The position numbers were made by a program, and so were the translations under genes. This document shows, one piece after another, positions 48,120-60,196 of a DNA stretch of 64,000 bases. The notes below the pieces were generated by a model, which saw only the letters and a program-made list of their open reading frames with translations, did no database searches and was not told the DNA's origin. The stretch is from Mobula hypostoma (taxonomy: Eukaryota): assembly GCF_963921235.1 (NCBI RefSeq), contig NC_086097.1, positions 232,254,001-232,318,000 on the forward strand, in the 5' to 3' direction. Within the stretch, counting starts at the first letter, position 1; every line of letters begins with the position of its first letter.

Positions 48120-49284
48120 CAGGTTTAATATCACCGGCATACCTTATGAAATTTGTTGTCCTAGCAGCAAAGAATACTACAGTAAACTACAGTGTAACTA
48201 CAGTAAATAAGTGGTGCAAAAATTAAAATTAAACACTAGTGAAGTATTGTTCATGAATTCAATGTCCATTCAGAAATTGGATGACAGATGGGAAGAGGCT
48301 GTTCCTGAATCATTTAGTGTGTGCTTTCAGACTTCTGTACCTCCTTCCCGATGGCAGCAATGAGAACAAGGCATGACCTGGGTGATGAGGATCCAGAATA
48401 ATGGGCACCATCTTTTTAAGACATCGATCCTTGGAGTAGTCCTGGATACTATGAAGGCTAATGTCCATGATGAAGATGACTAAGTTTATAACTCTCTGCA
48501 GCTTATTTCATTCATGTGCAATAGCGCATCCCTCCCCCCACCCTTCCCCAAACCCAGACAGTGATGCAGCTAGTTATAATACTCTTCGTGGTAGATCTAT
48601 AGAAATTTGGAGGTGTCTTTGGTAATATATCAAATTTCCTCAAACTCCTAATGAAATATCGCCGCTCTTGTGCCTTCTTTGTAGCTGCATCGATATGAAG
48701 GGCCCAGGATAGATCTCTGAAATATTGGCACCCAGGAACATGAAATTGCTCACTCTTTCCACTTCCGATCCCTCTAAGAGGACTGATGTGTGTTCCCTTG
48801 TCTTACCCTTTCTGAAAGCCACAATCAGTTCTTTGGTCTTACTGATGTTGAATGCAAGATTGTTGTAATTTCACCGCTCAACTAGTTGATATATCTCACT
48901 CCTGTAGGCCCTCTCGTCACCATCTGAAATTCTGTCAACAGTAGTTGTATAGTCAGCAAGTTTATAGATGACATTTGAGCTGTGCCTGGCCACACAGACA
49001 ATAGTGTAGAGAGCAGAGCAGTGGGCTAAGCACACATCCCTGTGGTGCACCACTGTTCATTGTCAACGAGGTGGAGATGTTATTTCTAATCCACACAGAT
49101 TGTGGTCCTCCGGTTAGGAAGTCGAGGGTCCAGTTGCAAAGGGAGGTATAGGGGGCCAGATTTTGGAGCTTTTCGATCAGAACTGTAGGAATGTAGAAAA
49201 CCCATAGAACTGGGAAACAGCTTTAAATCATGACCTTTAAATGATCAAGATGTAAATGGATCAGAAGAACAATTAAGAAATGGC

Positions 49285-49613
49285 AAAGTTATTTCCCATG
49301 ATAGGGGAGTCTAGGACAAGCGGGCACAACTTCAGGATTGAAGGACGTCCATTTAGAACTGAGATGTGGAGAAATTACTTTAGCCAGAGGGTGATAAATC
49401 TGTGGAATTTGTTGCCATGAGCGGCTGTGGAGGCCAAGTCATTCAGTGCATTTAAGGTAGAGATAGATATGTTCTTGATTAGCCAGGGCATCAAAGGGTA
49501 TGGGAAGGCAGGGGAGTTAGCACGACTGGAAGAATTGGATCAGCCCATGATTGAATGGCGGAGCAGACTCGACAGGCCGAATGGCCTACTTATGCTCCTA
49601 TATCTTATGGTCT
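49285..49613 (+). repeat. CR1 3' end
   Basis: TCTAGGACAAGCGGGCACAAC...CCATGATTGAATGGCGGAGCAGACTCG. Confidence 0.8.
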
Positions 49614-49654
49614 GAAGATGGAAGGCAGCTGGGAGTAAAAGCATAGGAGCTCAC

Positions 49655-49690
49655 CACATTTTCTCCCAATGGTCTGAATTTAAAACCGTC
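49655..49690 (-). CDS. Candidate small exon (36 nt, or 19 nt from the acceptor at 49674)
   Basis: GTG|GTGAGC donor; DGFKFRPLGENV; ends in phase 0. Confidence 0.25.
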
Positions 49691-50599
49691 CTACATCAGG
49701 TGTGAAATGTAATTGCTTACATGATAAGTATCGAAATAAAAGTGTGTTCACGTAAGTTCAGAAAGAGGCTGTAGTGCAAGTAACAGCCATTCTACGTATA
49801 TGGATGATAATGAATCAACTGGTCATTTCAGTTTGTCTAGTTTTTTTCACATTGCCTTCCAATACTGCCCAAACCAAATTCTTTTTGCAAGATTGAGTAT
49901 TATTGATGGCTCTTAAATTTTACATTCCTTTTATTGAAAAGTCAAATAGTCTATGAAAATATTTTGTGCTCAAGAAGTCAGAGTAACTTAAAATAAGAGC
50001 TCATTGCTGCCACATTTTTAGTTACTAGTTTTGGTTGTATGTTCTTTGATACTTATTAAAATTATGCTACATCTATTTACTTTTAGTATAATACATTAGA
50101 TTCATATTTCTAGCTAGATGTACACTCACTCTGAATACTTAAGGTAAAATAACCATTCTTATTCCATTCCAAAATTATTTTTTATCTTCACATTTCACCA
50201 GAGCCACATAGACCAATCACGTAGTTTGAAGGCATTTTCTATGTTTGATGAATGCAGTGAAAGGCATTTGAAAAATAATGTTTTGTTACTTAGTGAGAAC
50301 TAACATTTCAGGTCATTTTTTTCCTATTGAATAGAAATCTGGGAATCTCCAAAACTGAGCCTAGAACTTAGCTGTTTTCTGTGGGAGGAATGTTCGATTG
50401 GCATGTTATTATTTTTCAAGGACTGTCTCACTCGGCATAATTTACTCATTTTGAAATATTCTGTATTGCTTTACATTATATTAAAATATGAAAGTTTGTC
50501 AGGGCCAAGAACTTCCCAACATGTATTAGGTTCCTGATATTCCTGGTTTTTACAATTATCAACTACAAAACTCAATAGTTGACTAAATAACTTTGAATG

Positions 50600-50918
50600 A
50601 TAACTATTACTTTATTTGTCACGTACATCGAACCATACAGTGAACCGCATCATTTGTATCAAATCAAATCAGGGAGGGTTGTGCTGGGCAGTCCACAAAT
50701 GTCACTGCACTTCTGGCACCAACATAACATGCCCACAACTCACTGACCCTGACCCATACATCTTTAGAATGTGGGAGGAAACCAGAGCACCCGGAAGAAA
50801 CTTATTCAGTCGTAGGAAAATGAACAAACTCCTTACAGGCATCAGCAGGAATTGAACCGGGCTGGTGATCTCTGGCGCTCTAATAGCAGTACGCTAACTA
50901 CTACAGTACCATGCCACC
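50600..50918 (-). mobile_element. tRNA-derived SINE
   Basis: GGTGGCATGGTACTGTAGTAGTTAGCG head, GGTTCAATTCC B box, GTGACAAATAAAG tail. Confidence 0.75.
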
Positions 50919-52127
50919 CATAAGCTTAAACCGCTGTTACGTGCCTGATATTTTGTTAGTGTGCAGATATGGAGACATGCATTTATGCAGCTATTAGATT
51001 TCTTCAGAATTTGACACTTGCACAAGGATAACATCACCTCGTGAGAATGCCTGAGTAGCAGCGATTGAACTTAACATCACACGAAGAGATTAATGACTGA
51101 CGCATCTACCATATTCAAATATAATAAGAAAACAGAATAGTTTAAAGTGAAAGATATTGAGCATGTTTTTCTTAAAAGGTTGAACTGTAACAAAGAGCAG
51201 ACCCAGCATTACTCCCACTGACAACAGGATAGAGTCTAAGCCAAATTTGGGAGGATCTTGTCAGATTCTCATGAAAAACAAAACTACAATTTTTAAAAAT
51301 CTGTGTTTTATCTAACAATTATGATTATGAAGACACGCAGTCCTCTTTTATTGTCATTTAGTAATATGCATTAAGAAATGATACAATATTTCCTCCGGTG
51401 TGATATCACAAAACACAGGATAGACCAAGACTGAAAAAACTGACAAAACCACATAATTATAACATATTGTTACAAAAGTGCAACAATACCGTAACTTGAA
51501 CGTGAGAAGAAGAGTCCTTGAAAGCAAGTCTACAGGTTGTGGGAACATGTCAGAGATGGGGAAAATGAAGCTGAGTGAAGTTATCCACACTGGTTCAAGA
51601 GCCTGTGTAATAGCTGTTCCTAAACCTGGTGTGTGGGTCCTGAAGTTCCTGTACTTTCCCCCTGATGGCAGGAGTGAGCAGCGAGCACGGCTGGGATGGG
51701 GCCGCAGATTCATACAGCATGGAAATGGACTCCTCAGCCCGGGTGGTCCACAACAGCTAAACCTCCCGTCTGAGCCAGTCCCCTTTCTCCCGCATTTGGT
51801 CCATTTCTCTCTAACCCTCTCCAATCTATGTAGCTTTCCAAGTACCTTTTAAAAGTCAATGTACCAGCCTAAGTCCCCTCCTAAGATAACTCCCTCCATA
51901 TACTGACCACACTCAGTGAGACAGTTGCCCCTCTGATTCCGATTCAATCTCTTTCTTCTCACCTTAAACCATGGATATTGAATCCATAAACACAACCTCA
52001 CTACTTTTTTATTTTTATTTTTGCTCTAATAATTAAATTAAATTAGACTGTGCACATTGTCTCCATCTACAGCATCGCCCCTCAATATTTTATACTCCTC
52101 TATAACATCACCCTTCATTCAACACCA

Positions 52128-53225
52128 TCCACCCTGTTCTGCTGGGGGAGAAGCTGACAGCGATGCAGGTGGATGCTCCCCTGGTGTCATGGATTCTTGA
52201 TTACCTGACTGGCAGACCACAGTACATGTGCTTGCAACACTGTGTGTCCAACAGAGTGATCAGCAGCACTGGGGCTCCACAGGGGACTGCCTTGTCTCCC
52301 TTTCTCTTCACCATTTACACCTCAGACTTCAACTACTGAACAGAGTCTTGTCATCTTCAGAAGTTTTCTGATGACTCTGCCATAGTTGGATGCATCAGCA
52401 AGGGAGATGAGGCTGAGTACAGGGCTACGGTAGGAAACTTTGTCACATGGTGTGCGCAGAATTTTCTGCAGCTTAATGTGAAAAAGACTAAGGAGCTGGT
52501 GGTAGACCTGAGGAGAGCTAAGGTACCGGTGACCCCTGTTTCCATCCAGGGGGTCAGTGTGGACATGATGGAGGATTACAAATATCTGGGGATACGAACT
52601 GACAATAAACAGGACTGGTCAAAGAACACTGAGGCTGTCTACAAGAAGGGACAGAGCCGTCTCTATTTCCTGAGGAGACTGAGGCCCTTTAACATCTGTC
52701 GGACGATGCTGAGAATCTTCTACGAGTCTGTAGTGGCCAGTGCTATCATGTTTGCTGTTGTGTGCTGGGGCAGCAGGCTGACGGTAGCAGACGCCAACAG
52801 AATCAACAAACTCATTTGTAAGGCCAGTGATGTTGTGGGGATGGAACTGGACTCTCTGACGGTGGTGTCTGAAAAGAGGATGCTGTCCAAGTTGCATGCC
52901 ATCTTGGACAATGTCTCCCATCCACTACATAATGTACTGGGTGGGCACAGGAGTACATTCAGCCAGAGACTCATTCCACCGAGATGCAGCACAGAGCGTC
53001 ATAGGAAGTCATTCCTGCCTGTGGCCATCAAACTTTATAACTCCTCCCTTGGAGGGTCAGACACCCTGAGCCAATAGGCTGGTCATGGACTTATTTCATA
53101 ATTTACTGGCATAATTTACGTATTACTATTTAACTATTTATGGTTCTATTTCTATTTATTATTTATGGTGCAACTGTAACGAAAACCAATTTCCCCCGGG
53201 ATCAATAAAGTATGACTATGACTAT
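52128..53225 (+). mobile_element. Rex1/Babar-type LINE 3' part
   Basis: GAPQGT, KFSDDSAIVG, KKTKELVVD, YKKGQSRLYFLRRLR; AATAAAG(TATGAC)n tail. Confidence 0.9.
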
Positions 53226-54566
53226 TCTTCTATGTTCCAATGAAAAATTAGCCTACCTGCTTAACCTGTCTCCGTAACTCAGCCCCTTGAGTCCCGGTGA
53301 TGTCCTTGTCAATCTTCTCCGCACTCTCTCCACCTTAATGGCATCAATTGTTGACACATCTCAACTGTTTTTTCTGCCCTATGCTCTGCATGGAAATAAG
53401 CCAAGGAACAGATATGAGGTAATTCATAGGTTGTGAGAGGCCGAGAATTCAGATGTCACAAAGGTTGTGGTTTGGAGAATGTGGCTTTGCTGAGCCCATT
53501 TATAGAAGCAACCTATCTTTTCCCTTAAGATCTATTTGAATTTCCTCTGTATTTAGATTACTTGGAAAAAAATAGAACTGTAAGAAGGAGGTAATCGTTG
53601 TTGAAAATGCCAGATTTGGGAAAAGGTTCCATAACTCATCTTCATTACTCAGCAAAGCACACAGAACACACTGCACAGTCCTTTGTTTAAGTGGTGATTG
53701 ATCTTCAGAATGCATTGTGCCTAAATGCAGGTGACATGGCAGGAAACAATGTTATATAATACCGGATTGTCTATCTCCACATCCAGACCAAACATTGCAA
53801 TGCCTGTTGCAATAAATGCAGTTTGAACATTCTTATCCTAGGCTATCTCTGGGGATATCAGTAATAATCACTGAACCTGTTGTTGATTGAAGTATTATTT
53901 AGATAAACTTCTTTGCAAGAGTCAGTACACCTGAAATGGAACCAAAAGTAGGCTACTTAGCCCCAGGAGCCTATTGTTCTTTTCAAGAACATTCAACTAA
54001 CTTCTATTTCGCATTCCTACATACCTCTGCCAACCTTCACCCTCTTGCTTATGAAGCACTTGCATTTCTAGGCCTTAAAATAATTCAAAGACTCTGCTTC
54101 CACTGTATTTGAAAAAAATAAATCTGCTCTGACAGATAAGAAGAATGCTTATCTCTGTCTATATTGGGTAACCCCTTATTTTTAAATAGTGACCCCAGTT
54201 CTAGATTCTTCCACAAGAGGAAATATCCTCTCGCATCCACCCTCTCATGATCACTCACTTAGGAGACATTAAGCAAATTGTTTCCTCCATCATCTCTGTT
54301 GTGGCAGAGTTTGGACTTCATCTGTTTAATCGGATACAATGTTCTTTGGGATGAAGTGGGATTTTGAAATACACCACGTAAATATAGTCCGTCTTTCTTT
54401 CCCTTTTACCTCATTTGCATTAAAATTGGAATAAAATCCTATGGCGTTGCAGAAAATGTATCAGCATCGATAGAGGAATGGCTGACAGGCAGGAGGCAGC
54501 AAGTGGGAATAAAGGGGGTCTTTTCTGGTTGGCTGCCGGTGACTAGTAGTGTTCCTCAAGGCAAGA

Positions 54567-56260
54567 TACACAAAATGCTGGAGGAACTCAGCAGGCCAGG
54601 CAGCATCAATGGAAAAAAAGCACAGTCAATGTCTCGGGGCCGAAACCTTTAGGTGGAACCGGAGAAAGAAAGCTGAGAAGGTTTGAAGGGTGGGGGAGGG
54701 GAGAGTGAAACTTGGAGGAGGAGGGACGAAGAAAAGAGCTAGGAAGTGATTGGTGAAAAGAGACAGAAGACCTTGGAAGAGAGAAGAAAGGAAGGGAGGA
54801 GCTCAGAGGGAGGCGATGGGCAGGAAAGGAGTGTGATGGAAAAAGGGATGGGGAATGGTGAAGGAGAGGGGGAGTGGGAGGCATTACCAGAAGTTTGAGA
54901 AATCAATGTTCATGCCATCAAGTTGGAGGCTACCGAGGTGGAATATAAGATGTTGTTCCTCAAGTATGAATGTAGCCTCAACGTGACAGCAAAGGAGGCC
55001 ATGGATTGGCATATCAGAATGGGAATGGGAAGTGGAATTAAAATGGGTGACCACTGGGAGATCCTGATCCTCTGATGAATGGAGCATAGGTGCTTGGCAA
55101 AACGGTCTCCCAATCTACGTCGGGTCTCAACAATATACAGGAGGCTACACTGGGGGTAGTGGGCACAGTATATGACCTCAACAGACTCACCTGGAAGGAT
55201 TGTCTGGGGTCCTAAATGGTAGTGAGGGAGGAGGTGTAGGGACAGGTGTAGCACTTGTTCCACTTGCAAGGATAAGTGCCAGGAGGGGGATCAGTGGGGA
55301 GGGATGAATGGACAGGGAGGTCGTGTAGGGAGTGATCTTTGAGGAAATCAGAAAGTGGGGGGAAGGAAAGATGTGCTTGGTGGTGGGATCCCGTTGGAGA
55401 TGGTGGAGGTTACGGAGAATTATGTGCTGGATGCAAAGATTGGTGGGGTGGTAGATGAAGACAAGAGGAACCCTATCCCTGGCAGGGTGGAGGGAGGATG
55501 GGGAGAGGGCAGACATGCATGAAATGAAAGAGATGCGGTTGAGGGCAGCGTTGATAGTGGAGGAAGGGAAGCTTCCTTCTTTGAAAGAGGACACCTCCTT
55601 CGTTCTGGAATGAAAAGCCTCATCCCGAGAGCAGATGTGGTGGAGGCGAAGGAATTGAGAGAAGGGCATGGCATTTTTACAAGTAACAGGGTGAGAAGAG
55701 ATATAGTCCAGGTAGATGTGAGAGTCCGTGGGTTCATAATAGACATCAGTAGATAAGCTGTCTCCAGAGAGGTCAAGAAAGGGAAGGGAGGTGTTGGAAA
55801 TGGACCATGCAAAATTTGAGGGCAGGGTGTAAGTTGGAGGCAAAGTTGATGAAGTTATCGAGCTCCACATGTGTGCAGGAAGCAGGACCAATGTAGTCAT
55901 CGATGTAGCATGGGAAAAGTGGGGGACAGACACAAGTGTAGGCTTGGAGCATAGACTGTTCCACGGAGCCAACAAACAGGCAGGCATAGCTGGGACCCAC
56001 GCAAGTGCTACCCCTTTTGTTTGAAGAAAGTGGAAGGAGCCAAAAGAGAAATTATTAAGTGTGAGGATAAGTTCCGGTAGACAGAGGAGAGTGGTGGTGG
56101 ACCTGGTTGGGCCTGGTGTCCAGAAAGAAACGGAGAGCTTTGAAGCCTTCCTGGTGGGGGATGAAGGCATATAAGGACTGGACATCCATAGTGAAAATAA
56201 GATGATGGACACCAGGGAACTTGAAATCATTGAAAAGATCCAGAGTATGTGAAGTGTCAC
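54567..56260 (-). mobile_element. Penelope-like element (Neptune-like), decayed
   Basis: GPSYACLFVG, YIDD, YYEPTDSH, degenerate GIY-YIG, purine tract, degenerate hammerhead terminus at ~54610-54660. Confidence 0.9.
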
Positions 56261-57280
56261 GGATCTAAAAATGCCATCCCCTTCTCTCCATCCGTCCATC
56301 TCTGCTGCAGCTGCTCTTGTGGACTGAAAGGGAGGGGGAAGACACCAGAATAAAAAGGTGGGGGGAAGTAAGTGAAGCTAGCTAGAAGGTGATAGGTGAA
56401 GCCAATTGGATGGGAAAGGTAGAAGACTGGAGAAGAAGAATTTGATAGGAAAGGAGAATGAACCATAGGAGAAAGGGAAGGAAGAAAGGAGCTGGGGTGG
56501 GGGTTGGAGTGAGAGGCAGCTGAGAAGAACTAAAAGGCCAGAGTGGGAATAGAAGTAGAGGGGAGGGGGGCAGGAAGGAGAAATCATATTCAGGTTGAAG
56601 GCTACCTAGATAGAATGTAAGATGTTGCTCCTTCACCCTGAGTGTAGCCTCATCTTGATGTTACAATATTCTGTTTGGATATTTCTAGCATACCATCTGT
56701 CCATTTTCAATACCATTGCTCAATTGACATTACGTCGTGTTCAATCTGCTGTCAACTGGACACATGTCTTTAAAACTACTTGTCTCTATGATGCCAGAGG
56801 AAGGCTGAGTATTTGTGAGCAGTACTTCACGAAGGTAGCCTTCACCATCTAGGACATGCCCTCCTCTCATGACTACCATCAGAGAGAAGGCGTACGAGCC
56901 TGAAGACACACACTCAAAGTTTCATTTCACCACCATCAGATTTCTAAACAGTCCATGGCCCTGGCTCATTATTTTTCTCCCTTTTTGCACTATTCGTGCT
57001 TTTATATTTTTTTCTTTTTGTAATTTATAGTAATTTTTTATATATTGCACTGTATTGCAAAACAACAAATTTCATGACATAGGTGAGTGATAATAAATCT
57101 GATTCTGATTCTGATCCCATGAATTACCTCATTTCAGATATTTCATAGATAACTTCATACATCTACACTGAACTGATTCTACAGCCTACGTACTCACTTT
57201 CAAAGTGCTTATACAACTCATGTTATCATTATTAGTTACATTTGCACAGTTTGTCTTCTTTTGCACATTGGTTGTTTGTA

Positions 57281-58116
57281 AGCACAAAACTGTCACTTAT
57301 CCCTGTAAGCGCCGCACGTCCCTCCCCACGGTTCTCCCACCTGGCACTTATCCCTGTAAGCGCAAGTGCGACACCTGTCCCTACACCTCCTCTCTTGCCA
57401 CCATTCAGGGCCCCAAACAGCACTTCCAAGTGAGGCGACACTTCACTTGTGAGTCTGTCGGGGTCATCTATTGCATCCGGTGCTCCCGGTGCGGCCTCCT
57501 CTACATCGGTGAAACCCGACACATATTGGGGGACCGCTTTGTCGAGCACCTCCGCTCCGTCCGCCAAAACAGACAGGATCTCCCAGTAGCCACCCACTTC
57601 AACTCTGCTTCCCACTCCCGTTCAGATTTGTCCATACACGGCCTCCTCTACTGCCATAATGAGGCTAAACTCAGGTTGGAGGAGCAACATCTCATATACC
57701 GTCTAGGGAGTCTCCAGCCCCTTGGTATGAAGATAGAATTCTTCAACTTCCAGTAATTCCCTCCCCGTCCCTTCCCCTAACCCTATTTCACTCTGCCCCC
57801 TCCCCCAGCTGCCTACTACCTCCCTCATGGTCCCGCCTCCTTCTACTACCCATTATGTTTTCCCCTATTCTTTCTTCACCTTTCCTGCCTATCACCTCCC
57901 TGCCTCCCCTCCCCCACCACTTTATCTTTCCCCTTACTGGTTTTTCACCGAAAACCTACCAGCCTTCTCCTTCCCACCCTCCCCCCACCTTCTTTATAGG
58001 GCCTCTGCCCCTTCCCCCTACAGTCCTGACGAAGGGTTCCGGCCCGAAACGTCAACCAATCTTTTCCACGGATGCTGCCCGACCTGCTGAGTTCCTCCAG
58101 CATGTTGTGAGCGTTA
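57281..58116 (+). mobile_element. Penelope 3' fragment with intact GIY-YIG segment and 10-bp TSD
   Basis: GVIYCIRCSRCGLLYIGET; GTTGTTTGTA at 57271-57280 and 58117-58126. Confidence 0.9.
58022..58056 (+). ncRNA. Minimal hammerhead ribozyme motif (core intact, stem I weakened)
   Basis: AGUC-CUGACGA-A-GGG(UUCCGG)CCC-GAAA-C-GUC-AAC. Confidence 0.65.
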
Positions 58117-58372
58117 GTTGTTTGTATGTTTATGTATACTTTTTCATTATATTGTATTGCATTTCTTTTTGCCTGTTAATGCCTGCAAGAAATATCAAGG
58201 CAATGTATGGTAACATAAAAAGTATTACGTTGATGATGAATTTATTTTGAAATTTGAAACCTCTTCCGCACCTTTCCAAACATCCACATCCCAGAGCTAC
58301 ACACTTCTTTCCAATGACCACAACCCCCTATCAGCCAACTTTTTCCCTTCTTCCATCAACAACTACCCATCT

Positions 58373-58374
<2 letters not shown>

Positions 58375-58409
<35 letters not shown>
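58375..58409. repeat. (CA)n microsatellite
   Basis: Seen directly. Confidence 0.95.
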
Positions 58410-58411
<2 letters not shown>

Positions 58412-58569
58412 TCTACTCTGTCTCCAATCCTGTCTCCGACTCTTCCTATCAGACTCGCACTCTCCTCTGTTGCTATCTCCATCATTTCCTTCCACACCTG
58501 ACACTATCAACCAATCAACTTCTCCTCACTTACAGTTTGTTCATCATAGCAGACATTCAAAAATGAAAT

Positions 58570-60160
58570 CTTGAGAGTACAAAGCTTGTATTTGCCTGTC
58601 AGAATACAAGGCAAGGATAACAGGGTTAGCGATTTAGGAGAAATATTGAGGCTCTGGTTAAGGAAAAAAAGGGTGGTGCATTGCAGGTATAGGCAGGGAG
58701 GAACAAATGAGGTACTTGAGGAGTATAAGAAATGCAAGAGAACATTTAAGAAAACGATCGGGAGGGTTAAAAGAAGACATGAGGTTGCTCTAGCAGAGAA
58801 GATGAAGGAGAATCCTAAGGGCTTTTACAGATTTGTTAAGAGCAAAAAGATTGCAAGGGACAAAATTGGTCCTCTGGAAGATCAGAACGGTAATCTATGT
58901 GTGGAGCCAAAAAAGATCAGTGGGGGGGAGATCTTAAATGGATGTTTTGCATTGGGAGATGAACACAGAGTCTTTTTAACTGAGGCAAAGCAGCAGTGAG
59001 GTCATAGGCCCTATACAGACTACAGAGGAGGAGGTGTTTCTTGTCTTGAGGGTGGATAAGTCCACAGGGCCTGACAAGGTGTCCCTCAGACCCTGTGGGA
59101 TGCAAATGCAGAAATTGCAGGGGCCCTAGCAGAGACATTTAAATCATCCTCAGCAACAGCTACATACCAGAAAACTGGAGAATAGCTAATGTTGCCCTGC
59201 TGTTTTAAGAAAGGCTGTAAGAATAAAGCAGGAAATTATAGGCCGGCGTGCCTGACATCAGTAATGGGAAAGTTATTGGAAGGTATTCTAAAGGTCTGGA
59301 TGTATATTTGGATAGACAGGGATTGATTATGGATAATCAGAATGTATTTGTATGTGATACAACCAAGTTTTCGAAGAAGTTAGCAGGAAAGTTGATGAAG
59401 GTGAGACAATGGATATTGTCTACATGGTCAAGTTATTTGACAAGGTCCCACATGGGAGGTTGGTCAAAAAGGTCCAGTCACTTGGCATTCAAGATGAGAT
59501 AGTAAATTGGATTACCCATTGGCTTAGCGGGAGATACCAGAGAGTGGTAGTCGATAGTTGCCTCTCTGACTGGAGGCTATGACTAGTGCAGTGCCGCAGG
59601 GATCGGTGCTGGGTCCATTGTTGTTGGTCATCTAATCCGATTAACTGGATCAGCAAATTTGTCAATGATAGCAAGATAGGGGGTGTAGTGGACAGCGAGG
59701 AAGACTATCAAAGCTTGCAGAGGGATCTGAAACAGCTGAGAAAATGGGCTGAAAGATGGCAGATGGAATTTAATGCAGGCAAGTGTGAAGCGTTGCACTT
59801 TGGGAGGACCAACCAGAGAAGGTCTTACACAGTGAGTGTTGAGCACTGAGGAGTGCGGTACAACAAAGGGATCTGGGAATACAGCTACATAATTCAGTGA
59901 AAGTGGCTTCACGGGTAGATAGTGTCATAAAGAAAGCATTTGGCACATTGGCCTTCATAGATCAAAGTACTGAGTACAGGAGATGGGATGCTGTATTAAA
60001 GTTGTGTAAGACATTGGTGAGGTCCAGTTTTGAGTATAGCATGCAGTTTTGATCACCTCCCTACAGGAAAGATGTAAATAAGAGTACAGAGAAAATTTAC
60101 AAGGATGTTGACGGGACTGGAGGACCTGAGTTAAAAGGAAATATTAAATAGGTTAGAACT
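58570..60160 (+). mobile_element. Old CR1 LINE (continues at ~63920-64000)
   Basis: KENPKGFYRFVKSK, SKFVNDSKIGGVVD, WQMEFNAGKCEALHFG; many stops and frameshifts. Confidence 0.88.
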
Positions 60161-60196
60161 GAATTGAATTGACTTTATTTCTTACATCCTTCACAT

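Larger units (their letters stand above)
46955..49195 (-). mobile_element. Rex1/Babar-type LINE, 5'-truncated, tail split by a solo LTR
   Basis: (AGAATC)n tail continues as CAGGTTTAATATCACC after the [28 protein letters not shown]. Confidence 0.85.

Noticed and set aside
53500..53720. 71-aa minus-strand ORF in unique sequence
   Set aside because: No recognisable motif and only weak splice donors
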